Shown: positions 39,751 to 53,282 of the stretch, piece after piece
How positions within the stretch are numbered: position 1 is the first letter of the stretch
Layout: every line of letters starts with the position of its first letter
Assembly (NCBI GenBank): GCA_951406725.2
Contig: OX597833.1
Coordinates: 9,238,001 to 9,302,000, forward strand
Length of the DNA stretch: 64,000 nucleotides
From: Octopus vulgaris
Lineage: Eukaryota
Reading direction: 5' to 3'
Translations under genes and position numbers: made by a program
Notes under the pieces: model-generated
Seen by the model: only the letters and a program-made list of their open reading frames with translations
What the model was told of the DNA's origin: nothing
Database searches by the model: none

Positions 39751-41523
39751 TAATACCCAATTATTAAGACACAAGTGTTTTTTTATTGCAATGCAATTAA
39801 CTTACCTAGTGTATTAAATATCAAACTGATTGATTCTATCCCTTTCACCTACGACCTCAGCTACGTCAGCCGAAAGTAAAATCAACAGAGGATCACCTAT
39901 CTACCTACAAACACTGCTGCCCTATGTCCATTTTTATAGCTGCAACCACATTATATATACCGTACTTAACACACACCATGACACACCACAAATGTACCCT
40001 GAACGAGATGGACTATTCATTATAATACATCAGTTCCACACATTTACCATGGTTCCATTTCGGACAACTGCACAAACATTTGCCATTTGACACATGTATG
40101 TAAACAAATTCCTTTCTTAAAAATTTCACTTCATTTTCTTTTTCAATTTACGTTTCTAGACACTTTACACAAATATTTCATTAAACAACTAAAACACTTG
40201 CCATTTGGAACATGTACGTAAACTACTTTCATTCTTACAAATCTCACTTTATTTTCTTGCTTTTAGCTCAAGTTTCAATACACTTTACACACTCTTTCGC
40301 TATACTTGCATAAACAATTTCTTTCAGCTGCAAATATTTCTTTCTTTTCCTGCCACGGTCAACATTTTTCCACATTTCATTCACATTACAATTTCTATCT
40401 TTAAGTAACTTTCACCCTTTCTTTTTCACATAAAATGACACCGAAAAAGAGAAGTTGCCTCGGCCGCCATACTGCAGCAGCAGCGGTGCAAAAGGCGATT
40501 ATTGCAAACGAGTCCTCCGACAAAAACGCTTTCAGACTTTCACAGTGCGCCTTACGTTCAGCAGAATCACGAGCTGCTGAAAATTTACAACAGCGCAACG
40601 CATGCCGAGCAAAAGTGGCTTCATACGATGCTGCTTCCAGGGCTTCAGAGGGTTCGGAAACAAGGTCGAATCGCATGGCCATAAAGGCTGCTGCTGTTGC
40701 TGCACAAAGGGCCACTCAACTGGCTACAAACGCTGCGACTAATGCTGCTTCAACATTTTTGGAACATTTACAACTACCGACCACTCACCTTCATACGAAC
40801 GAGGCGCACTGCACTGCTTCCATGCCTTCTCAACATGTAGACGGCCAGTACATTACCATTGCAAACTTCGCTTCTGCTACTCATGCGACACATTTCCACG
40901 ACTCAGACCAGCAACCTTCTACATTCCAGTGGAACAGTCGACGGCGCAAGGCTACGCACAGTCTGACGAGTCCAAACAGCCCTTACTCGCATCTACGGGC
41001 TTTCAAGTATGAGCCCAACTTCAATTACTCGATGCACGCTGACATAAATATTGGGGAAATGTGCTTCAATTGCCAATTCTGCAATGCTAAAAAGTGGGCT
41101 GGGGAACTACCTGCAATGTGCTGCTTAAACGGTAAGGTCAGCTTGCCCCCTCTTCGGGAGCTGCCAGACCCTTTGAAGGAATTACTTAATGGTTCCACCT
41201 CAAGGTCATTAAAATTCCTTCAACTCATCAGGAAGTACAATTGTGCATTTCAGATGACTTCTTTCGGGGTTAAGGTTGTCAGAGAAACTGGTTGGATGCC
41301 TACTTTCAAGGTCCAGAGCCAGGTGTGCAACCTCGCATTCAATTCTTACACCATTCTACGAGGGGGTAGGAACCCCTTTACACGGCTTTCTTATACACTT
41401 ACAAATACATTCATTTGCCGTAAACTTATATCAATATTTGCCTGAATAATCATCATAATTCACTGCAGTCATTAACAGTACTTTCAAGCAATTCAGCCCC
41501 GAGCAATGCCGGGCAAATCTGCT

Positions 41524-41525
<2 letters not shown>
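39751..41525 (+). mobile_element. Non-autonomous Helitron: RepHel N-terminus joined to the 3' terminal hairpin
   Basis: ORF 40435-41445 contains IGEMCFNCQFCNAKKWAGELPAMCCLNGKVSLPPL...FLQLIRKYNCAFQMTSFG...PTFKVQSQV. Hairpin cccgagcaatgccggg (41498-41513) then CTAA (41522-25). 5' end uncertain. Confidence 0.8.
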
Positions 41526-41558
<33 letters not shown>

Positions 41559-41842
41559 CTTTGCATATTTAGATATAATTATATATAATATATATATACA
41601 ATCTTTGCAAACATTGCTTTAACAATAAATTAGTTAATTAATTAGTTAATAAATTATATGAATTGGTATTATCTGGAAGTTGATGATTGAAAGGAATCTA
41701 TTCCTCCATTTTCTTATTTTGTATATATATATATATAATTTTTTTCATTTTATCTAGTTTCAGCTCACGAGCTGTGGCCATGCTGGGACACTGCCATTTG
41801 GTGTTACTACGTGATTTTACTTCACGAATGCTTTTTTTTTTC

Positions 41843-41876
<34 letters not shown>

Positions 41877-41926
41877 TAATATATACATATATAATATACA
41901 CACACACACACATATATATATATATA

Positions 41927-42036
<110 letters not shown>

Positions 42037-42289
42037 TACATACATATATATATATTATATATATCACATATTTCAACATACAAGATGACTGATAGATTAC
42101 AAAACCCTCTGCGTACAGGCTAACTTTTGCAACAACAGGTATCTTTACAAATATTGGTCATATAAAGATGATTTTATTGCAAATGTTTTTTTAACCTACT
42201 TTATCCTCAGAAATTAAAATAAACGAAATAATAAATCCCTTTCTATGTTATATTTTTGCATGCATGCATTGCCTAAAAGGGAACCTGAT

Positions 42290-43377
42290 TCTTCTTCTTT
42301 ATCAAAACTTTACTGCTAATGACAATACAATAATGGTTGTTCATATGACTGAAATGTTCTAAACAGTTACAGTCAGCCTGGTGTATTAATAACCAGACAA
42401 TAAGTGTAAGCCAGTGATTCCAGAAATTCCAAGCTGGAAAGCACAGCCTTGAAGATGAGCCTTGTCCTGAAAGATGTGTAGCGCTTGACAAAGACATCCT
42501 GCAAACCTTGGTGGAGCAAAATCCCATTGTAACTGTTGAGGAACTAACAGAGAAGCTTGGATTTGGTTATTGAACCATTCCTTGACACCTGCACGCCATT
42601 GGAAAAGTCAGAAAATTGCGTCAATGTATTCCTCACAAATTTTCCAAGTCTAACCCTGTGCAGAGAGTGAATGTGTGCTCTTCTTTGCTGTCACATCTCA
42701 TGAATGAACCTTTTTTGGACCGAAAAGTGACTAGTGACGAGAAATGGGTTCTCTGTGTGAAAATGTCAAATGCTGAAGGCAGTGGGTAGGGAGAGGAGAA
42801 ACACCAGCACCTGAGGCTAAGGAAGGTCTTCACCCACATATGTTGTTGCTATCTTTTTGGTGTGATGTGAATGGTTTAGTCTATTTGAACTTTTAAATCC
42901 AAACCAAAACGATAACAAAGGAGATCTACTGTGAGCAGCTTGAGTGGCTTAAGTCAATGCTAGAAATAAAACGACCATCTTTGGTTTCATGACGAAAGAT
43001 GTTCTTCCATCAGGATAATGCTTGGCCACATACAGCGAGGATGACATTCCAAAGGTTGGAGCAGTTTGAATGGGAAACAATGCCCAACCCACCATATTCA
43101 CTGGACATTGCCCCATCTGATTATCATTTATTCTACAGTCTTCAAAATCATTTGGATGGAAAAAATATGAATTCTGTAGAATAGTACTGGAGGAGTATTT
43201 TCTGTCACAGACAAAATGAATTTTGGAAGAGGGACCTTGCAAGTCTACCTGATAGATGGAAGAGCATTGTAGAAAATGAAGGAGAATATATTTTAGATTA
43301 CAAAAGAACTTTGTTTATTTTAATTTTGAATAATAAAAGAAGTATAAAAAAAACTGCATTATTTATGGGATCCAATA
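42290..43377 (+). mobile_element. Mariner (DD34D) transposase pseudogene, near full length
   Basis: FQKFQAGKHSLEDEP...VEQNPIVTVEEL...VTSDEKWV...HQDNAWPH...HPPYS-like NPPYSLDIAPSDYHLF. Confidence 0.9.
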
Positions 43378-44619
43378 GTTGTGCATATACACACTAACAA
43401 GAATTCTTCCTGCTGAGGGAGATTAGGAGCATTCTTGTTGACACAAAAGGTAATGACTTTGTTGACTACCTCCAGGTCATCTTTGATGAGTCAGAACTCC
43501 AGAACTCCATGATCAAAGGTAGTCCAACATGACCAACATGTCTATTTTGTCACATGTAATGTATTTATGATGACAACCGTTTCCAATCTGTTCTTCCTTT
43601 TTTCGAAATAGTAGAGTGTGGCTTTATGGAGATTTTACTGCAAATTTTTGTAGGGTGAGCAGTCCTGAAGAGGGTTCCTCAATATTAATTTGATCCCATC
43701 TGGTCAACAACTGGACTCTGTCTTTACATTCACAGTCTTGTGATCATGTTGGAGTATAACTTCAAGGTTTTATATCAAACCCAGAATTACGTCGAGTATT
43801 TATTGAACTTTGTTTAGGGAATCATTAAGTTTAACTTTAGGCATAAAGGGACATAACTCAATGTAAATCACTACCTCAACATATTATTTGCTGCTGAGAT
43901 TTTACACCAATATATTCACACACACAGTTTCTGTCAATCAAAATACTCACAAACTATTTGTCAATCCATGACTATAGTATAAGACATTGGTTCAAGGCAC
44001 CACATAGTGGAAATGAACCTATTGTTGAGAAGCAAAATTCTTAACATTATCAAGTCTGTTACCACAGAAGGATTTTCAAAATCAATTATGTAAAGCATAA
44101 TTTAATAATTAATATGAAATACACTAATGTAATACTCATATTTCCTTTTTGGACTAATTTATACAAATTCATGTTAATTTTTGCTGATGATTACTATAAC
44201 TTTGTAAATGATAACTATGATATCAAACATTTTAAACAAATAATGATGAAAAAAGATATAAAACAAAGAATAAAACTGCAGATGTTTCCATAAATTGTGA
44301 CATTTTACTACTAATTAGACAAATTAACATTTTAATTATTAAAGAAAAGAGTTATTATATTTGCTTTGTACTTAAATAGACATTACAAAAAATATAGGAC
44401 CAAGTTTATAAAAAATAATGGATAGTGAAAAAAAAATGTATTTCAAAATTGAAATTTTGACTGTTGTAAATAATGGTAAATTATTCCAGGAATTGTAAAA
44501 CAATATATTGTTTAAAAGGGAAAAATTATCTTCATTCAAAGATTTGATTATTGGAATTAAAATGGTTTTCTAAAACCAACTAAGAGGTTGAATGAATACA
44601 GGTGATAAGACTAATTAAT

Positions 44620-45168
44620 TAATCGTCTGGAAACCGTTCAGCGACGTGCAACCAAGAGAATACCCTTCATCAGGCATTTGCCATATTCTGAACGCCTTAC
44701 TTCTCTGGGCATGGATACCTTGAAACTCCAATGTCTGGCAGCTGACTTGGCAGACACCCATGAAATTATTAACCATCTTACTAACACTAACTCTGAGCAC
44801 CTTTTCAAACTCCACCTGTCTAACACCCGTGGACATGTTTACAAAGTCAGAAAACAGCACAGCTCCCATGGCTTTTGGAAACATTTTTTCACGTTGAGAG
44901 TTGCTGAAGCATGGAACAAACTGCCAGCATTAGTTGTTAGTTGTCGGAGCACTGCATCCTTCAAAACTTCCATGCTTTCTGAGATTCACCAACACTACAC
45001 CTGATTTTCTCCTCTCCATACACACGCAAGCATGTATCTGACTCATACACTGTTCACTTCCCAGACATTTGTACATTACTGCATATGCTTTATATGCACT
45101 TTTGACAAGTTGTGGTGCACCTGAGCACCGTATACAATAATTTCATTATTATTATCGTTATTATTATT
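44620..45168 (+). mobile_element. CR1-clade LINE 3' end with (ATT)n tail
   Basis: LETVQRRATKRI...LPYSERLTSLG...NTRGH...FFTLRVAEAWNKLP. Confidence 0.85.
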
Positions 45169-45514
45169 AAAGACTATGTGTGTAGGTGGAAGAGATAAAA
45201 AAAAGAAAATGAACAAGCACAAGCAGGAAAAAGAAAGAATGAAGGAAATTGGGGAGAGGGAGAGGAGAGAGTATTATGTTTAGAGGCGGTGGTGGTGGTG
45301 ATGATGAAACATTTCTTGTCCATGGCATCTGTTCTGCCTTACTGCTACTGATGGCAAGAGACAAGATATTAAGTCTATTTAAACACAGGATTAGGAAATA
45401 TTATTTAGTACCACTGAAATAAAAAAAAGAAAAAGGCTTTTAAATAGAAAGACTGAATATTCTTCTCACTGCAGTATTTACCTTACACATCTGAATCATA
45501 CAGTACATCTGTAT

Positions 45515-45552
<38 letters not shown>

Positions 45553-46104
45553 AGGAGCATTTGTCTATTAGAAGTATTTTCTTAGTTCACTTTGAATTTA
45601 ATCCATTTTGTATTTGCCTTGATAATGTGTTAGCATATATTTTGGAATATACCACCATGACTGGTATTTTATAGCTTTTTCAGTATCTAAATACGCTGTC
45701 ACAAGAGAAACAGTCATTGGTAATGCATGGTGTAATCCCCAATAAAAGATGGGTTTTTCTCCGTTCTTATTCTTGTCTTATATGCTGAATTCCTTGAAAT
45801 TCTTCTCAGCAATATTTGGATTTACTTGCATTTATTGGTATCTGATTGTTTGGTATAGTTAACCAAATTTGTTTAACACAGTGACTGGATTTATTAATCC
45901 CTTTTACTTCTTATTAGTTATATATATCTATATATTGGCCAAAAAGTTCACTTGTCTTTGCAGACATTGAACTTCAAGCACTCTAATAAGTAGCAAACTC
46001 CAGCATGTGTACTTGTTAGAAACTTGACATTTCAACATTGATTGATGCAAACTTGCAATGAGCCAAGTTGTATTTTATGTGCTTCAGATCACCCTGAAAA
46101 TCAT

Positions 46105-46551
46105 ATGTACGTACATACATACATGCATACATACATACATACATGCATACATGCATACATACATACATACATACATACATACATACATACATGCATGCAT
46201 GCATACATACATACATGCATGCATGCATACATATATACATACATACATACATACATGCATGCATGCATGCATGCATACATACATACATACATACATACAT
46301 GCATGCATGCATACATACATACATACATGCATACATACATGCATGCATGCATGCATACATACATGCATGCATGCATGCATACATACATGCATGCATGCAT
46401 GCATGCATGCATACATACATACATACATACATACATACATACATACATACATGCATGCATGCATGCATGCATGCATACATGCATGCATGCATACATACAT
46501 ACATACATACATACATACATGCATGCATGCATGCATGCATGCATACATACA

Positions 46552-46582
<31 letters not shown>
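46105..46582. repeat. Mixed (CATA)/(CATG) tetranucleotide array
   Basis: Directly visible; strict purine/pyrimidine alternation. Confidence 0.95.
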
Positions 46583-46583
<1 letters not shown>

Positions 46584-46599
46584 ATTGACTTCATGAATT

Positions 46600-48444
46600 A
46601 GAGACACACCATGATCTTGAAGGAAACTCCTTCACCGTTCTCCATCTGTCACTGAAGATCCAACTCATAACAGCCAGGAAGAATCTTGATGATGCTTACT
46701 TGAATGCCGAGGTCAACTTTATCAACAGCAAAATTAGCAACCTATCCAAAGAGCACATTAGTACAAAACACCATCTCACCTGGAAATCCATCAAAGACCT
46801 ATCAGGCAAAATTTCTGGGTCATCAATTAGAATTAAAGGGGGATCAGCTAAGAAGCGTTTAGAAAATTGGTCAATTCATTTTAAAAACCTTCTTGGAAAG
46901 ACTGCCAAAATCCCTGATAACCCCACTCTTCCAAGTATGCCTATATCAGATACGCTGGACATCAACACCTCCCCTTTTACCATATTTGAACTAACAGCAG
47001 CCACTAAACAACTGAAGGCCTCGAAAACATTTGGTCCTGACAACATCCCAGCTATAATTTGGAAGGATGGTAGATTTCATGTACTTTTGCTCAATCTTTG
47101 CAACCACACACTTTCCACTTTTATAGCTCCAAAGATCTAGCACCAATCTCAAATCATCCCAATACCCCAAAAAGGCGATTTATCCCTCGTCACCAACTAC
47201 AGGCGTATATCTTTAATGTCAATGGCTGCAAAATTGTACAACAAACTGATTCTAAACTGTCTTGTCCTTTTTGTTGAACCTTTGCTCCGAAAGAACCAAA
47301 ATGGATTCAGACATGGGCGCTCAACGTTGAGCCAAATACTATGCCTATGCAGACTTATTGAAGAATCAAAAGCATTTAATTGCGATCTTGCAATGGTGTT
47401 TGTAGACTTTTCTAAAGCGTTCAGCTCTGTAGATAGGTACAAGATGTTTGAAATCCTTAAGCTCTATGGGATTCCAGACAAAATCATTTCTGCCATCAAG
47501 GTCCTCTACACAGATACGTCTTCAACCATCTTAACCCCTGATGGAGAAACATCATCTTTCTCAATCAAAGCTGGAATACTGCAGGGGGACACACTCGCCC
47601 CATTTCTCTTCATCATTGTCGTTGACTATGTGCTACGTATGTCAGTTGATACCATTTCTGGCAAGGGCTTTGAAATAAAAACCTAGAAGTTCCAGACACC
47701 CAGCTGAATACTTAACAGACACTGACTTTGCTGACAACATTGCTCTTATCAGTGATCCTCTCTCCAATGCCCAGTCTCTTTTACAATCTCTTGAACAAGC
47801 CTCAAATTGTGTAGGTCTTTACTTCAATGCATTCAAGACTGAATATGTAAACAAGTGCCTGTCCAACAGTGATTTCATCATCCATACACTCAACAATACT
47901 CCCTTAAATATGGTTTCTGATTACAAATATCTTGGGTCATACATATCATCATCTGGAAAAGATTTTCTAACTAGAAAGGGTATGGTCTGGTCAGCCTGTA
48001 ATGATATGCATAAGATCTGGTCATCAAATCTAAGTAGAGATTTCAAGCTTAAAATCTTCAAAGCCACAGTCGAACCAATTCTACTGTATGGCTCAGAAAC
48101 CTGGACATTATCAAAGAAGCTCAAAATCTCTTGTGGAAGCGTCATCCAACCAAAGTACAACTATATGGGAAACTACCACTTGTATAATCTCTTGTGAAAG
48201 GTAGGAGAGTCCAGTTTGCTGGACATTGTTGTAGAGCTGAAAGCGAGGCAATTTCTACTCTTCTCCTCTGGAAGCTATCTACTCATGATACCAGAGGGCG
48301 CACACTCTCCTACTCTGATGTAATCTCCAGGAATACAGGCATCCAGCAACAGGACCTCTCTGATGCTATGATGGACCGTGAAGTCTGGCGTAGCATAGTA
48401 AATTCCATTGTCTCGACCACGGTCGAACAATGATGATGATGATG
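46600..48444 (+). mobile_element. RTE-like LINE with most of the RT domain, degenerate, (TGA)n tail
   Basis: GPDNIP...NYRRISL...QNGFRHGRST...FVDFSKAF...GILQGDTLAPFLF...FADNIAL...YKYLGS...LLYGSETWTL...RRVQFAGHC. Confidence 0.9.
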
Positions 48445-48445
48445 T

Positions 48446-48484
<39 letters not shown>

Positions 48485-48888
48485 CATAATATAGACAAGA
48501 TTCAGTGGAATAAGGTACTTTACCAACCTTGGTACAGCAGTTCTGGAAGAATGATATTTGGGTAATGTATGCAGTTAGATTGGACTCAACTGAATATTTA
48601 ATCCACTTTTGAGCTATTCCGACATGTGCATTTTATTAAATATACACAGTCCATAATATACTTTGGAATATGCAAGGGACATGTTCTGAGATAGGTGAAT
48701 TAGAAATAAATAGGAAACAATTGATGGACAGGAGTGGCTGTGTGGTAAGTAGCTTGCTCACCAACCACATGGTTCCGAGTTCAGTCGAACAATGATGATG
48801 ATTAGCAAGAAAAACATTCAGCAATCTTTCATTCATGAGCCCAAGAGCTGCCTAACCACTTGGCCATACATACATTTTGGTATATATA

Positions 48889-48934
<46 letters not shown>

Positions 48935-49882
48935 CACACACATATACATATACTAGCTGGGCCCTGAGCCATCAGAAATGACAGCTAATTGTAATATTTT
49001 ATATATAAATAAGGTACAAAACCAAGTTTTTAGTTTAATGATTCTTTTACTACCAAACTTGTGAAAAATCTATCAGTAACTAACATCCTTTGACTACTTG
49101 TTTCCTTCGAAAGAATTTTCAAGCTTTTCTTCCTTCTTGTCTGACTTAAGGCCACATAAAGCTGGCCGTGACTAAATACAGGAGCTGGCAAGTAAATACC
49201 AAATCTACAGAGTTGAAATGCTGTTTGATTTTTCTTTTCAGCTTTGAATGTTCACCATCCCACTTCCATTGCACACACACACATACATACACAAACACAA
49301 ACATTCACATACCTCCCTTTTACATACACACGCATAAACTCACACAGAGTTGAAATGCTGTTTGATTTATCTTTTTCACTGTACAGTTTCCATCATCCCA
49401 CTACAAAATTTGCCATCACTCCTTCCTGCTTTATTCATCTATCACTCCTTCCTTTCTCATTCATATGTTGTGACAGAGAAAAATACAAGAGTATTATTAT
49501 AGTAGATTATCTCGGTAACCATGGGAGCTATGAAAAAATACAAAGCCCAGCAACACCACCAGATCATTCTACGCTTCTGTGTAATTTTTTGCACACTTCC
49601 ATCCAGTCATTTGACTGCGAATCTCAAGATAAGAAAATATACAAGAAAGAATTGTCCATGTCAAATTTATATGTACATGTGTGTATATATATATATATAT
49701 AAAGACTTGTTTTATTTATATTCCTGAGCGCCATACTAATACAATTGTTTGTTTGTATTCCACCTGCCTTCGTCTTTTGTCTATTTTCATAAAGCCTCCC
49801 GTTATATATATATATATATCTATCTATATATATATATATACACACACACATACCATAGAAAGTTAGGAGATATGAGAGGTGA

Positions 49883-49936
<54 letters not shown>

Positions 49937-49944
49937 CAGTATAT

Positions 49945-50100
49945 ATTCTTTCAGTTTCCGTCTACCAAATCCACTCACAAAGCTTTGATTGGCGCGATGC
50001 TATAGTAGAAGTCACTTGTCCAAGGTGCCTTGCAGTGGAAGTGAACCTGGAACCATATGGTTGGGAAGCAAGCTTCTTACCACACAGTCATGCTAGCACC
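49945..50100 (-). mobile_element. SINE 5' half (family of 59860-60268)
   Basis: ttctttcagtttccgtctaccaaatccactcacaa...cttaccacacag. Confidence 0.75.
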
Positions 50101-50133
<33 letters not shown>

Positions 50134-50449
50134 GCAACTGATAATTGCAAAATGAATGAAGGTAGATATTGAAACGATCGTAGGCATTGCATGATTGACA
50201 ATTATGTGAATAAATTCATTTTGTTGTACTCAAACTCTCCATTTTCTTTATATCATACTTCATACATATATATGCATACATATATGTAAATACATACATA
50301 TATTCATACACACACCACATATAAATATACGTACATGCATATATACACACAAATACACACATAAATATATATACATATATACATACAGATTGCGCACACA
50401 CAACACATTCACACACACACACACATATACGTACATGTATACATACATA

Positions 50450-51315
50450 CAAGGTGGCACCAAAAGGTTTTTGGACTAGTTATGTTTAATAAAAAATAAC
50501 TTATTTTACCTGAGTTTTAACATCATCTTCAAAATAATCACCTTTTTGCATTAATGCACCGACCCCACCATTCCTGTCACATTTGGAATCTGTAAGCGAG
50601 TCAAGGGTCTTCTGCAATTTGCTCTGCATCTTGACAACAGTGTTTAAACAGAGACCTTTGAGCTGCATTTTCAACTCAAGGAAGAGATGGAAGTTCACAG
50701 GTGCTGAATCTAGCGAACAGGACAGATCCAGGTGTGGAAGGGATACTATTTTGTTTTTGAAGAGAAAGTCATGAGTGAGAAGAGCTTGGGGAAGAATCCA
50801 ATTCTTTACACTCTACAGATCCAGTCGCTTTCACTGAATGTCCTCCCTCAGATGCTTGTGGTAGAGCTCTCAATTGATGGTCTGGTCCTGGGGGACTCAA
50901 TGCACAACACCACATTTCCAAGGGTGATGCTTGTGGCTGGTCTTCCAGATTGCTCATTGTCTTCCTGGGACATTCTTCTACTTCCAAAGAGCTTGTGCCA
51001 CTCAAAACATTGTGCATGACCCATTACCTCATTGCTGTAAGCTTGCTGAAGCATGCTCGATGCCTCTGTAGCAAATGCACCAAGTTTAATGCAAAATTTC
51101 ATGCTGGCTCCTTGTTGTCCATGGCAAAATCACTGACTACAGCATACATGTGATTGCAAAGTCACAAATTTCATAACTTGCGAAGTAAACACTGCAATGT
51201 CACTTGGCACACTACTTCAGGAAGGTCACTGCTAGCTCTGACGGTGCAAGCAACCATCTATGGCCATCTGTTGGCACACAACAAACTAGTCCAGGAACTT
51301 CTTGATACTACCTTG
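50450..51315 (-). mobile_element. Mariner deletion derivative with both TIRs and TA target sites
   Basis: TA|caaggtggcaccaaaaggtttttggactagtt ... aactagtccaggaacttcttgatactaccttg|TA. Remnants MKFCIKLG...CFEWHKLF...SGRP and FHLFLELKMQLKG...GDYFE. Confidence 0.85.
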
Positions 51316-51697
51316 TACATACATATGTACATCATATAAGAGTCCAACAGTCTAATTTAAAAAAAAATTTTTCTTATGAGACTAATCTCACAAACCATTT
51401 ACAGACAAGTCCACAGAATGGACACAAGAGAGGATACATATATAAACAGACATATATACATACATGCACATACACACATATACCCTCACACATGTATATG
51501 TATACATACATGTATATATGTACACATAAATATACTCTCACATGTATATACACTCAAATGCATACACGCATATAACCTCACACGTTTATATACATGTGTA
51601 TATTTATATATATATATATATATATATCATAAATTCAGGGTGAATACTTGATAAATGTAAGCACCTGTAAATGCCAGCTAGTAGCAGAGGTGAGAGG

Positions 51698-51768
51698 ATA
51701 TATGTATCAAATGAAATAAAACAGAGCACATCCTTTGTGTTCTGTTTTATTTCATTTGATACATATAT
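51698..51768. repeat. Near-perfect inverted repeat: 33-bp arms, 5-nt loop
   Basis: atatatgtatcaaatgaaataaaacagagcaca-tcctt-tgtgttctgttttatttcatttgatacatatat, one G.T pair. Confidence 0.9.
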
Positions 51769-52030
51769 ATATATATATATATACATACACTCATACAAGT
51801 ATACATTCATACACACGTATATACACTCACACATATGTATAATGTACCTTCAAGAGGTATAGAAGTGAAGAAGAGAGAGAAAAAGAGAGAAATATACTAA
51901 GTGAAAATGAAAGAGTTTGTGGTGGGTAGAAGATAAAAAGATTTAAAAAGTGAAAACGAAATATTGCAAAAACAATAATGACAATGATAAAAGGCTGAAA
52001 ATTTAGGAAGAGGGCATGCTGACGACCGAA

Positions 52031-52380
52031 TCATCATCATCATCATCATCATCATTTAATGTCTGTTTTCCATGCTGTCCTGGGCTGGACAGTTTGACAG
52101 GAACTGTCCAGACTCCAATTGTCAGTTGTGGTACAGTTTCTATGGCTGGGTGCTCTTCGTAACACCAACCACTTTACAGGGGGTGCTGGGTGCTTTTTAC
52201 ATGCCACTGTCACAGGTGCATTTACACAGCACAAGTACATTTTATGTGGCACTGGTACCTGTAAAGTACAAGCCTTTAAGTAAGGATGAAAGCAATTTTA
52301 CATAACTTCACATGTCTTCTCAAGTACAGCAAATCATCCCAATTGCCAGTCCCTTGTCATTTCCTCAGTGAGGCTCAGCA
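52031..52380 (-). mobile_element. RTE-type 3'UTR fragment with (TGA)n tail
   Basis: (tca)n then tttaatgtctgttttccatgctg...acaccaaccactttaca. Confidence 0.65.
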
Positions 52381-52918
52381 TCTTTCCAAAGTCCAAAAAC
52401 AACTTTCCAATATTTGGCATAGCTCTATCAAACCATGTTCTTTTTTTTTTATTCTATAACTGAAACAAGCTGCTTGCTTTTTGTGAAAGCAGTATGTATA
52501 ATTCTTGTACACTCTACACTGAATTCCTCTGAATTGCCTTTGTCTAATCTTTCAGTTACTTGGTGTATGCATGTGTGTGTGTGTGTATGTGTGTGAGCTC
52601 AAACATTCATTGAAAGTATCTTTCCTTAAGTTTTTATCCAAGATTCAATGATAAACAATATCATTTACACACACACATCCTCTCTGGTGATAAACTACTT
52701 TATCAGCGATACATTCAATGATAAATCACATCCTTACTTTTTCCCTTTTCAGTAAAACAACAGCTTGCCAAATTATCATAAACTAAGATTTTATCCTTAA
52801 ATAGAAATTCTTCAAAGGAACCAACACTACAGAGGTGATGATGTCACCTCTTTATAAAGCTTCATCTCATCCTTTCTCTCATTTTCTTTGTAATTTACCA
52901 CATACCAAGCTTTGTATA

Positions 52919-53282
<364 letters not shown>

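Noticed and set aside
45650-45790. Possible HHR/pLTR (atgactg...gaaacagtcat, AATAAA); also 9395-9450
   Set aside because: No acceptable CUGANGA or U3-A8 core.
46016-46093. Candidate exon 2 after ttttcag on the minus strand (GDLKHIKYNL...)
   Set aside because: Stop after 25 codons and no resemblance to an SMP domain.
46016-46607. Long His/Cys/Met-rich ORFs in all six frames
   Set aside because: Translations of the CATA/CATG array.
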